NCBI RefSeq assembly: GCF_040938485.1
Contig: NW_027270890.1
Location: 2,976,001 to 3,040,000 of the forward strand
Direction of reading: 5' to 3'
Length of the DNA stretch: 64,000 bases
Source of the DNA: Diadema antillarum
Lineage: Eukaryota
The first letter of the stretch is position 1, and the number at the start of each line of letters is the position of its first letter. Positions 24,307 through 36,300 of the stretch are shown here, one piece after another. Under the pieces are notes generated by a model. That model was given only the letters and a program-made list of their open reading frames with translations, was not told where the DNA came from and did no database searches. A program made the translations under genes and the position numbers.

Positions 24307-27300
24307 TTTGTTTCCATTTCTCCATATCTCCCTTGGCAAGGAGCCAAGATGCACAAAATTGTATGCTAGCAGCAATTTGTGAAAATCTAATGCCGGGAAA
24401 AAGGCTGTTGGCTCCAATTTGCAAAAATTTCATGCTGCGAATATTTCTGGTTTTACACTACTTCTTCATTCTCCTCCTCCACTGGATTCTTCTCTCCCTT
24501 TCTTCCCAATGACTTGTGGACCCACACTCTTCAATGATTACGTCACCAAAACAAAGACAGACAAAATACTGCTTGCTATTAAAGGTACTAGGCATTGACT
24601 TTTGGATGAGCATGACATGCATGGAAGAACAAAGAGACATATGTAAATATTTGATTTATGTGATATATAAGAATACACACATAGTGACACACAAACATGA
24701 ACAGACAGACACATAGACCAGCAAGTACTCACAAACAAGGTGAATATAATAGGAGAAAGACAACATATTGACCATGCAGGCATGATAAAAAAATAATGGC
24801 TAGGATACTCTATACGCTGAATATTTCGCAAGCCTTTTATTTTCGCGAATTTTGCGAGTCAGCTGCTCTTCGCGAAATTAAAAGCACACAAAAATATTGA
24901 CTCTAATCCTGATATGAATGTGACGTATGTGTACACATTTCTCCATTCAGTACAGGACTCCACGAGTGCAAATTTAACCACTCGCAAAATTGTTGGGACG
25001 TCTCGATTTGCAAAAATTTAGACTCGCGATATACTGTAAACGTGGAAATTTTCGCGGTACATTAATTTTCGCGGATTTCGCGCTACGCTCGGCTAGCGCG
25101 AATTCAAAAACGCGCGAATATATCTTCACAATTTTCTACGCACATTTTGAATGGGATGAATTGTGTGCGCTTCATCGATGATACTGCTACGTAGTACAAT
25201 GTACAGGCATGTTTACGCTACTAGTACTGTGCGAGGAGACGATACCCTAGATTGCTGTGTACTGTAGCATGCATGTGTGCACCGCACGCATCGATGCTAC
25301 AGTCCCCCGTGACTACGGTACTAGAGTCACAGCTGTACTACGTATTTGAGTGCTTGTACTCGCATTCGAGCCGCTCGCTACGTCGCTTGTCGTACGCTGG
25401 CATAGCAAGCTATGTAGCAGAGGCTTTGGATGAAAGCAGTTAATGTGTACTACAGTAAAGTAACCTGCTGCGGAGCGCGAATTTAAGAACCCGTGAATAC
25501 GTTTTCGAGCCGCTCAGCGCGAAAAATTAATCGCGCGAAAATATTGACGTTTACAGTATATGGCGTATACAGTAATTCATTCTTCTCTGTGATCCAAAAA
25601 TCGTTGATCGTATTGTTAACTTCTTACCAACTTCTGTCAACACACATGAATAAAAAATATGTCGAAGCACTGCTCCATTTCTAGGTCTGGAACCAAGGAG
25701 ATTTCTTTCTTGGATTTTATATCATCCTGAAATGGATCTAGATGCATACTCCTTTGAGGTTTTTGATCAGTATAGTGTAATCTTTGTCGGGTTGTCTAAG
25801 GATCATACAGTGTCCTTATCCAAGAAAGAATCTACAAAGTGGTCTGGAAAACAGGCTAACTTTCAGAGAAGAATGCCAAACGGCAAGTGGGCAGGGTGGA
25901 AATTATTGTGTTACATTTGTATGTTAATTGTGAACTAAACGCAATGAAAATAGAGCCAAATATACTAATCAGGATGAAGAAACAAACTCCAGAAACAAAA
26001 GGAAGAGATAATGTAGAAGTCTGAAGATACATGGACATGCACGCTATTGTACACTAAATCTTGATGTGAATATATTGTGTATGTGGGTCTTATTACATAC
26101 TTATCTCTGTGATACCGTGCATTATACAGGTAGTGGGATGAAACAGAAAATTCTTTGAACTTTTTAGTCTAACAATTTCAATTTTAAGGAATAAGATACT
26201 TCAGACTTATGTATACATACTTATACATCTTAAATGATTTGCACTGTAAATTGAGCAAAGCAATGAGAAACATACAGCTAGAAGTTATAGATTTGTAACA
26301 CGCATCATTAGAAGCCCAGTACTTCCAACCATTAATGCAAGAAAATATTTTTCTTTTCTTCAACTGTTGATTGTAACAATTTTTTTACTCTGTTTTTAGC
26401 AATCACGGAAATTACTTACTATCAAGCTATACATTATATAGATGATGACTGGCGGGGGAGGGAACATACCAAATGTTCCACCCGAAGGGTTTGAAATGCT
26501 GTTGAGGGAGGTTATAAGTCCCGAGACGAAGTCGAGGGACTTGTAGCCTCCCGAAATAGCATTTCAAACCCTGAGGGTGGAACGTTTGGTACATGTTCCT
26601 GACAACAAAAGTCATCATCTGTTATATCATATGGGTAAGTCAAATACGTCAACGTCAACCACCAGCACCATGCACTCGATCGCTCGCATCGCTGCACTTG
26701 ATCGCGCAGAGCCAAATTCACTGTGTGCGCGCGGTCCTAGGCCTTCTGTCATTTGTTACGTGAAAATGTTTTCCCATGGGAGAAAATTCACAAGAATGTT
26801 CGCCCTTGGGCGAACATAACGAATGTACCTCCATCACGTGACTGTGTTCAGCCAATCACTAACCGGTATTTGACTAACCCATTTAATATACATGTATAAT
26901 CACTAAATGCTGGCTCAAATTCAATATAATGAAATTGAATTTGACATATACTTCTGCTCTGAGGCAATTCATTTTTTTTTGTCTCTTCAAACTGCTAAAT
27001 ATGCAAGTGCACATGAAAAATGTCTAAAATATAACATGTTGGCTTTTCAATACAAGGAGAGATACGATTGACAGGCATACACTGTAAGTGTGAAATTACT
27101 ACTGGTGAATGGTAGCAGTGATTGTGCATGACATGAACTATTATGTATATGGTTTAAAACATGTTGCTGGGGTGCAGTGGAAGTTTGGAACACATCATGA
27201 TCTATAGGGAGGCTATGCAGCTACAGGTTCGTGGCATCTACTCCCACTTGGATGAATACAGCTAAGGGAGACAATTATACCTTGCTGACTGCAATCTCGA

Positions 27301-30300
27301 CCCATATGAGTTTCTGGACACTCGCACTGACCCCCACGGCAGACACCTCCATTCAAGCATGGGGGTGTGCAACGCGAGGCTGTTAGAGGGACAGAACATG
27401 CCCAGTAGAAAGAGAAGAGTAGAAAGCGTACATGTATAGCAAACAGACAAATAGAAGAAACAGACAAAAATATCAGAAAAAGCAAACATGGGTTAGGAGA
27501 GTTTTCTTCGAAATGTAGAATCATTAGACACTGAAAGTTAATCAACTCAACGAACACAAATCAAATCATTATTTACCTAGGAATCAAAGCAAGTCACTGC
27601 CCATTCAAATTGTATTTAGTCCTAGACTTAGGAATCTTATAAAAGTACAATCACATTTTCGTTCACAATTTAACAACTTTAAGCAACTCTAACTCCTGGA
27701 AAAAAAATGTATCAATTTGTGAGATATCTAAACTCTTTGTGTCTCTCATGAGGGAAACATAATTTGTCATTTACTAATTTCATCTTAGTAAGGAAATTTT
27801 GGCTTCAGGTCAATGGAATAAATATAAAGACATGAAGCAATCTGTGTATATGAATGGGATCAATTATGCTGCTTCAAAAACATTAAGGTGAATGACTTTC
27901 TTATTTTGCAGACAATTTTGATCAAACCTTTACCAGTGTTTGTTAATTTTACTCTTATTGCAGCAAATCAAACATGAAGGAGTGTTCTTCATGTGAATTT
28001 GGTGCAGCTTTTGCTCATGGAGTGCATCTTGTGAAAGGATAGTTTAACATTCCTTCTTGGGTTCTATTGGCGTGATGCTTCAGATTAGATTCCCCAATGC
28101 AGGGACATTTGAATGGGCAGATGTTAATGAAAAACCAAGCACATACATGTTATGATTAATGAACCAGAGGATTATGCAAGAACATCCTACATCATCCTCA
28201 GAGAAATTGCAACACAAGACAAAAGAGGACTTACACATCCAAAACAAATTGTGAAAAGAAAGCCCCACTTTGAAGACAAAGAAGTGTAGTATCATTAAGG
28301 AAAATCTAAAAGCTTATAAAAAAAGCTAGTAGACACAACACAATAAAATTTGGAATGTTACTGATACATGAAAAGCACCATTTGAAATCAGCAAACGGAA
28401 TTATGTTATCAGCAACAGATAAGAACAAATGGTATCAAATTTGTAATACAAAGCATTTAGTAAAACAAGTTATTTCAAGTAAGAAACAGAGTTGTATATC
28501 TTACTGTAAATGAAGCTAGCTATATTTGAATATGAATCTGAAATTGAATATATTATTACCTTCAGAATCTTGGCCTTTAGAAGAGTAACACACACAGAGA
28601 CAAATACTGGTTGTTTGAATGTACGTGACTTAACAAAGTGTCATCATGTCAAAAGATAATGGGATCAGAATGTTGACATCCCTATTCCCAGGAGGATGGT
28701 GTGTAATGAAAGTTTGCCTTAACTACAAGCAAACAAGATACAATCTTTTTCCATTTCTGCTACTCCCGTCCCCCTTATGCATTCCATTACCAGCAATAGA
28801 TTTGCTCCTACAGTCTATGCATAAAGTTGAGTCACTCATAAGGCACTTTGTAAATCCTGTAGTGTCTGTATAAGCTTCACATACTCCAAGCATCACCAAC
28901 AAAAGAAAGAATGACATTTCCACAAAATTGATGCTAAAACAGATGCTCCAAACAAGACATGCTCCTGTGTATGTTACACCCACATTGAGTGATAAGGACA
29001 GTATATCGCATACGATCTACAACCTTTTGCTGCTAACTATCTTATCATGTGATATTATGAATTCTTCGTGCTAATTGAGCTGAACCTGGATTAAATAACT
29101 TTTGTGCACTACATATCAAATGAAAGCAATGACAAAGTCCTGTTAACCTTGTCCGAAATAGGCACAGGAAATGGAAGAAAAGGGAATAAAAAACATGAAA
29201 CAAATAAAACAAAAGATGAAAATATAGCAAGGAAAAAGAAATAAGTTATAAGAATGATGAAAAAGTAACAAATCACATTATAAAGATAAGAGAGACAGAG
29301 AAAAAAAAAAATGAAAGAAGGCAAGAGGGCGGGGGTTCAAATCTCACCCAGGGAGACGTTATAGACAGCGGCCACAGGTCCAGCGTTACAGATGTAGATT
29401 CCTGCCTGATTTGGAGTGATGCTGTCCAGGTGGAGACGGGTGGAGTTCTGCATCTCAAACTCCACATGGACACTGTCAGATCCTCCTAGGAGCAGATCAA
29501 TAGGGTCAAGAGAATCGTACTCACTTGAATGCATTCCCACAACTTACTGTAAAACGAGGAATGTTCAAGGGCATTTTAATTTCGCGAGAGCCAAGATTCG
29601 CAAAATCAAAATGCACATGAAAGTTCTCATCTCCACTATATGCATTGAATGTTAGAAGCAGCTCGCGAAAATTTCACACCACGAAAATATCGTGTTTTGC
29701 AGTATATAACTTCCATAACCTTGACAAAATACTTCAGTAAGTCCCATTAATACCAGCTTCTTACAAATTGACATGATCCATATCATGTTAAATTACATTG
29801 CAAATTATCATGTTTTCATATCATGTACAAAATGATATGGTTTCTATTACCAGGTTTTGAATTCTGATTAACACCAGTAACACAACACAAGGGCGGATCC
29901 AGGAATTCCGTAAGGGGGAGGTGCCTTTGCAAAATTAAAGGGGGGGGGCACACATATGCACCCCCATTTTTTTCTTTTTTTTTCTTTTGTTCTAACCAAA
30001 AATAAAGAGGGGGCTTGCGCCAGGTGCGCCCCCCTCTGGATCCGCCACTGAAACACTCATGATGATAAGGTATCTTTTCACTACCAGCTAAGAAGCAGAG
30101 TCATAAAAAATTACATGGCATATTTTGGCAATTCTATTAATACTACAGAGAGGTCTAATCAATGCAACATCTGTACCTTGTTATGAGTTTACACTGTGGT
30201 ACTCTGGACAAGGAACTAAATTTCTAACGGCAGATTTTAAGTTCAAATCAAGCTTAACATTTACATGTTTATCTTCAGACAAGATATTTATCCTGTTCAA

Positions 30301-33300
30301 CCAGGTGTATAAAAAATCACGAGCAAAGATGGAGGTAATGACAATAGTAGGGCACTTTGGAGAAGCATTGTGAACACTGATGAGGCTATCCTGGGCAAAT
30401 AAGACAGTGTCATTGTTATGATTTTTTATAATTGTTATGTATATATCCTTTTCCTTTTATCACATACAAACTCGATTTGCCAGCCGGACAAGACTATTCA
30501 GGGATTAAGTAATGACTAAGACTATGCTAGGGCTGAGTAATGTCTAAGACTACACTGGGACTAAGTAATGACAAAGACTAGGCTGGGACTAAGTAAAGAT
30601 TAGGATTATACTAAGACTAAACATTGACTGAGACTAGGTTGGAACTAAGTAATGACTAAGACCCATGCTAAGACTAAGTAATGCCGAAGACCAGGCTGGG
30701 ACAAGTAATGACTAAGACCCATGCTAGGACAAAAGAATATTGACTGCACTTACCTCGCCCAGCTGGGGCAATCTCTTGTCCCAGAGGCCCGGTCCACATG
30801 GGCCGTTCCAACAGGATGGGGCCTTGGACCTCACAGCGGATGTTGAATCCTTCTCCAGGTGATGGTCTCACATCCGAGCTGGGAGTGAAGACCACTTCAA
30901 AGTCATCTTCATCTGTGAGACATGATACGTTAGAGAGAAATCAGGTCAGGTGTTCTCTTATCAAGATAAAGAAATATTTCTATTAGCTTGTTTCAAGAAG
31001 TGTATTGCAAGTCCGGAGACTCTTATCTAGATAAAGAAATATTCTATTTGTTTGATTCAAGAAGCCTATTTCAAGATCAGAGACTCTTATCAAGATAAAG
31101 AAATATTTCTACTTGTTTCTTTCAAGAAGTCTATTTCAAGATACAAGACTCTTATCATGATAAAGAGAATTTCTATTTGTTTGTTTCAAGAAGCCTATTG
31201 CAAGAAATGAGACTCTTATCAAGATAAAGAAAAATCTATTTTTGTTTGCTTTAGAAGCCTATTGCAAGATCAGAGACTCTTATCTAAAGAAATTAATCAT
31301 TCTATTTGTTTAATTGTTTCAAGAAGTCTCTTGCAAGATCAGAGACTCTTATCTAGATAAAGAAATATTTCTATTCGTTCGTTTCAAGAATCCCCTTGCA
31401 GGATCGGAGAGGTTTGGCTGCTCTGAAATCATCACCATCATCTTCATTACCATAGCATGAGGGACTGCCTTCATCAGATTTCCTCAGCATCACTGATCAC
31501 TATGGCAACCACTGATCACAATACCGAGTATCATTAACACCTAGTGCACTGTATTTACTGATTGGCACGTCCACTGGAATGCTTTCTTTGCTGACTGGCA
31601 CAGATGTCTGGAAACTAATTTCATATCCTACAATCCCTCCCCTCCCCTGTGAGAGATTCTTACATGAGTATTGGCAGTGGGATCCGGTGTACTCTGGGGA
31701 GCACTGACACACCCCTTCCACACAGTCTCCTCCGTTCTGACAGGTGGGAAGGCATCTCGGAACTATGGTGGAAGTAAAAAGCACATAGTTAAAGAACAAG
31801 TCCGGTCAAAATGTGATGAGCAAACAAACACTAAAACTATTATTTTTTTCTTCTTTGTTCCATTTGCAGATTAAGTGTAACAGATTTTCTTTTCTTCAAG
31901 GAGATTCACACGACACAAGAATTGTCTTTAATGATATTTTTATCCTTTTGCAGGTTTATGTTAAGAATTATGCCTCTTACTACACATACACTGTGCAATT
32001 TGTGAATATTATGTTGCAATTTATAAAGAATTCAATTATTAAACATTTTACTGACAAAGGATTTACATAACATTCCTTCTAGTTTATGCTCTGTGAAGAT
32101 GGAATAATCTTAAATGTATTAAAACAGATAGGGGAATCAAATCTTTAGTTTTCTTGGTTTGAGTGATCTACTGCTCATATTACAAGAGGATCTCTTCTGC
32201 GAACAATCAAGTTGCTAATTTGCAAGCCATAGTCACATACACTTCTTTATTAAAATTATGTGACCAGTTAACCAACATACACCGCACCGGAATAAATTCA
32301 TACCTGTCATTTCAAATCCTTGTTTATTCATTGAATATCATGAATGGAACACAGTAGCAAAAGTATTCGTCAAGGAACAGACAAACCAGGACAAACACTG
32401 AACACCCAACACCGAACACCAAACACTCACTGTAGATGTTGAGAATGATAGTCTCCCTCTTTGGTTCAGCAGCACAGGTGTAGATTCCTGTGTCGTCCTC
32501 CGTGATATCTTGGATGACCAGTCTGGACTTGGTCAGCGAGACCCGCTGGACCAGCAGACCGGCTATGTTCACATCTACACCAGATACAACGGGGTAACAT
32601 AATGACACCGATTAATACACAAGAATACACAGAGACAGAACACTATACATGACATAATGACACCGATTAATACACAAGAATACACAGAGACAGAACACTA
32701 TACATAACATAATGACACCGATTAATACACAAGAATACACAGAGACAGAACACTATACATAACATAATGACACCGATTAATACACAAGAATACACAGAGA
32801 CAGAACACTATACATCACTGTTGATGCTCACTGCAAACTCATTTGTAATGGACACACAACAATTTGGCTCAAGATTTGATAGCCAAAACTTGCAAAAATA
32901 AACATGAACTTCATAAAACTGATTTATGATATTGTTTGCAAACCACCGCAAACAAACTTGTATCTTTTAGCAATAAACCATAACATCAATCTCAATATGA
33001 CCTGATGTGTACTTTCTGAATTATTCAAGATTAAAAGTGTGCCATTCTTTAAACACCTAGGGGTATTTAAGTTTGGACAGAAGATGGTTACCAAAGTGAG
33101 ATGCATATAAATGGCAATGTTAATTCACTGGTACAATATGCAAATAAGTGGCAAGCACTGAATATCAGGTATAGACGGGTATTCCAGAAACTGCAAACGT
33201 AGATCCTGAATAACAAGCATGGGTCACCGCAAATTATTGTTTAATTATATACCACCTCACAATCACAGAAATGTCAACAAATGCGACAATAAAACTTGCA

Positions 33301-36300
33301 AACCAAATGTTAATAAAGTATAAAAGTTGTACTCATCGCAACTTAAGTCATCAAAACCGTCATGATTAACACCACAAGAGAGTGTGAAGTAAATACTTAG
33401 ATGATATATGACTGGTTAAATATTAATGTTACGTTACAGTTACATAAGACAAAAATGTGTTTTGTAAGTGTTCTCCAGTTTCACATAAAGTACAGGTAAT
33501 TAGTTGACGTGGAATTCTGTTAATAACACCAACAAAATAATACTGAAAAAAAAAAAGAAACCCCACACAAATCCTTCACTAGTTTGAGACTTTTATGATG
33601 AACATTTAAACACTCATGCTTAACATGTGGGACCTAAATATTTCTTTGTTGACACTTAGGAAAGGATAAACACCTGGAAATTTATCCATGAAGTACAGAT
33701 TAGGATTGGCTTCAATTTGTAAATGGTTAACTATCAACTAATGTTCTGTAACCCAAGTAAATTAATGGTGTTTGATTTGATGTTGATTAAATATTGAAAC
33801 AAATACATATCTTTTGAGCTCAAACCTGATCTCAAATTTACCTTGCATCTCACGAAATTAATGAAAAAAAATTGTCGAGGTTGGATAGGCCCTACTGATT
33901 GATTATTGACAGATTAACGAATAAATTGAGCATGATTTCTATCTGGATTTTTATAGCATACCCCATAAAATATCTCAAGTTATGCAAAATTGTATCCTAA
34001 TTGAGTTCACATCAATATGTACATGACACTGTGAAACACGTGTCTCTGCTACTTTGTCTAAAAAAAAAATCCTTCCAATTAAATTCTCAATAGACTTCTA
34101 AGATTCAATAGAACAAATAACTGTAGACCTTAGGATCAACTCACTGAATTGACAATATCTGCATGCTCATGCATAATTGTACATATGTGACCCTGCACCT
34201 CAAAACAAACAAAAAGTCGCCAGACATGAATTTCTAGTTAAGGCCATATTCTGGAAGAGCAGACTTTGAGCTTTAAAATGATGTATAACTCAAATCAAAT
34301 GGACTCTCCTAACCTATCTAAATATTGGAAAGAAAGCACAAACTCAGGAAAAGTGTGAACTGAGAAAAGAGGCTCTGAAGTACAGTGTCTATTCAAGCGC
34401 TCAATCTTTACCAAACCGTGCTGGCTGTGCGATGAATGGGACAAAAAACAGGAAGTTAACCACCAGAGTAACAACAATAAAGGGATTATCAGATTAAACT
34501 GAAATTAAGCATGCCTCATTAACACATTCTGTCCATAATTAATGCCAACTTTCAAAGCAATAGCACTATCTTGTCAAAAGTTATCAGAGTTGAAAGTGAA
34601 GAGTGAGGACAAGGTTTTTCAGAAATGAAAAAGGGATTCTAAAGACACGCCTAATCACACTATTCTACCAAAAATGTTTGAGATAAACTGCTAAAAAAAA
34701 CACACTTTCCTGCCCGATTTATGATACCAAATTTTAGCATAATGTAAAAGAAGACCCGTTCTTTCAGAAAATATGAAAAGTCAAGTTCGGCTAGGTTGAC
34801 CCATTTCACTTATTTTCAGTCCTCATGCGAAATCAGTGTGTGCGACTTTATGTTCGTTTTGAGGTGCACGGTCACATATCGTACATGCAATATCTGAAAG
34901 CTTTTGATTATTTTCTGGATAATAATTCCGAATCGGCTTTTGTATGTTCACTCACACAAAAGAACAACAATTGTTTATTGAAGCTATTTGGAGTCATCTA
35001 AAATAAAATTATAAGAATTCTTAAAATTAAGCATACATGCAAATCATGTACAAGTGTATATTAAGAAGCTCAAAGCAACAAAAAGTGCATGTGCAGTGGA
35101 AGTAGATATATACCCTATTAATGCGGACAATAATATCACTCTGGTCAATCAAAAAAAAAAAAGGTTTTGTGAATTCTGAACCTGACATGGAAAAATCAGC
35201 CTGCCTCTTGCTATGAATCAAACGAGTCTGTCTTTCAAAGTAAAATTGACTTCAACACACTATTAGTACACACAACCTTTGAGAAAAAGAAGATACAGCC
35301 TTATGTAGAGAAATACTGGTTGGAAGTTTATCTCAAAGGTATATCTTTCAACTGCTTTTCTAAAAAAATTATCCATGTTGAAGTGCACAAGAATCATTGA
35401 ATTATTCTGAGGGCTTTATGGGGTCTTAAGAATGTGACAAACAATTGCCTTTAAAAATAAACATGTATGAGATCCAATGACTGATAAAGTGTCAATGACA
35501 ATCACAACTTTTGTGAAACCTTGCCAGTTTTGATATGAAATTCCAGCTCGGGTAGAGTTTATTTCCAAAGTTTAAAGATATTTCACAAGAAATTTTGCAG
35601 CACAAGCATGGTGTGCAACACAGAACCAGCAAGATCCTATTCAACATTGCGATGTGATTTCAAACATGCACCCTTTGGCAATGCAAGCCTCTTACACAAG
35701 TCCTTAAATATAACATAGAAATTAATTAAAAAAATCCAAGGAAATGCACACATTACTTTGGATGGAATTAAAGAACTTTGCACAAGTATATGTATCTCAG
35801 AGGTACATATACATCTACTTGTGCGACATGTAGAATTTCACAGAATATGCCAAAAGAAATGAAGTAAAAGTACATACACTGCTGGAGGGGCAAAACAGCA
35901 TGCTCTTTATAGTGTGCAAGAAAGTTATTTCTATCCATACATGTATATGTACAAATAATATGTGCCATAATTATATCAATTTAATACCACATTGTCAAAA
36001 TTAACACACAAACACGTAAACACAATAATATAAACCCTGTATGCACATGAACCTGACAAGGATGTCTGTAACAGTCAGTAGTCAACAGCATTAATAGCTT
36101 CGCATCACATGCCACAATATGTTAACAGAAATAAAAACTGAACTATTAGCTGGGATTAAGAAACAAAACACAACAAATATATACAAACAAACAAATACGA
36201 AATGGACGAACACCATCTCAACCTGGGGGGTGTTTCATAAAGCTGTTCGTAAAGTTACGAACAACTTACGAGCGACTGGTGATCAGTTCTTGTGCTGAAT

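Noticed and set aside
25700-25880. Possible decayed Ig exon between EGF11 and EGF12 (DYTILIKNL)
   Set aside because: Only one strand-E-like word; no D-x-G-x-Y-x-C motif and no in-frame splice sites (the candidate segment is 35 nt).
28723-28983. ORF resembling a signal peptide plus Cys-containing peptide (MSFFLLLVMLGVCEA..)
   Set aside because: Short, intronic, no family pattern, and hydrophobic runs are expected from T-rich intron sequence. BLASTP or RNA-seq would be needed to revive it.
30490-32815. Regular tandem arrays as a possible CRISPR-like locus
   Set aside because: Units are head-to-tail with no unique spacers; eukaryotic minisatellites.
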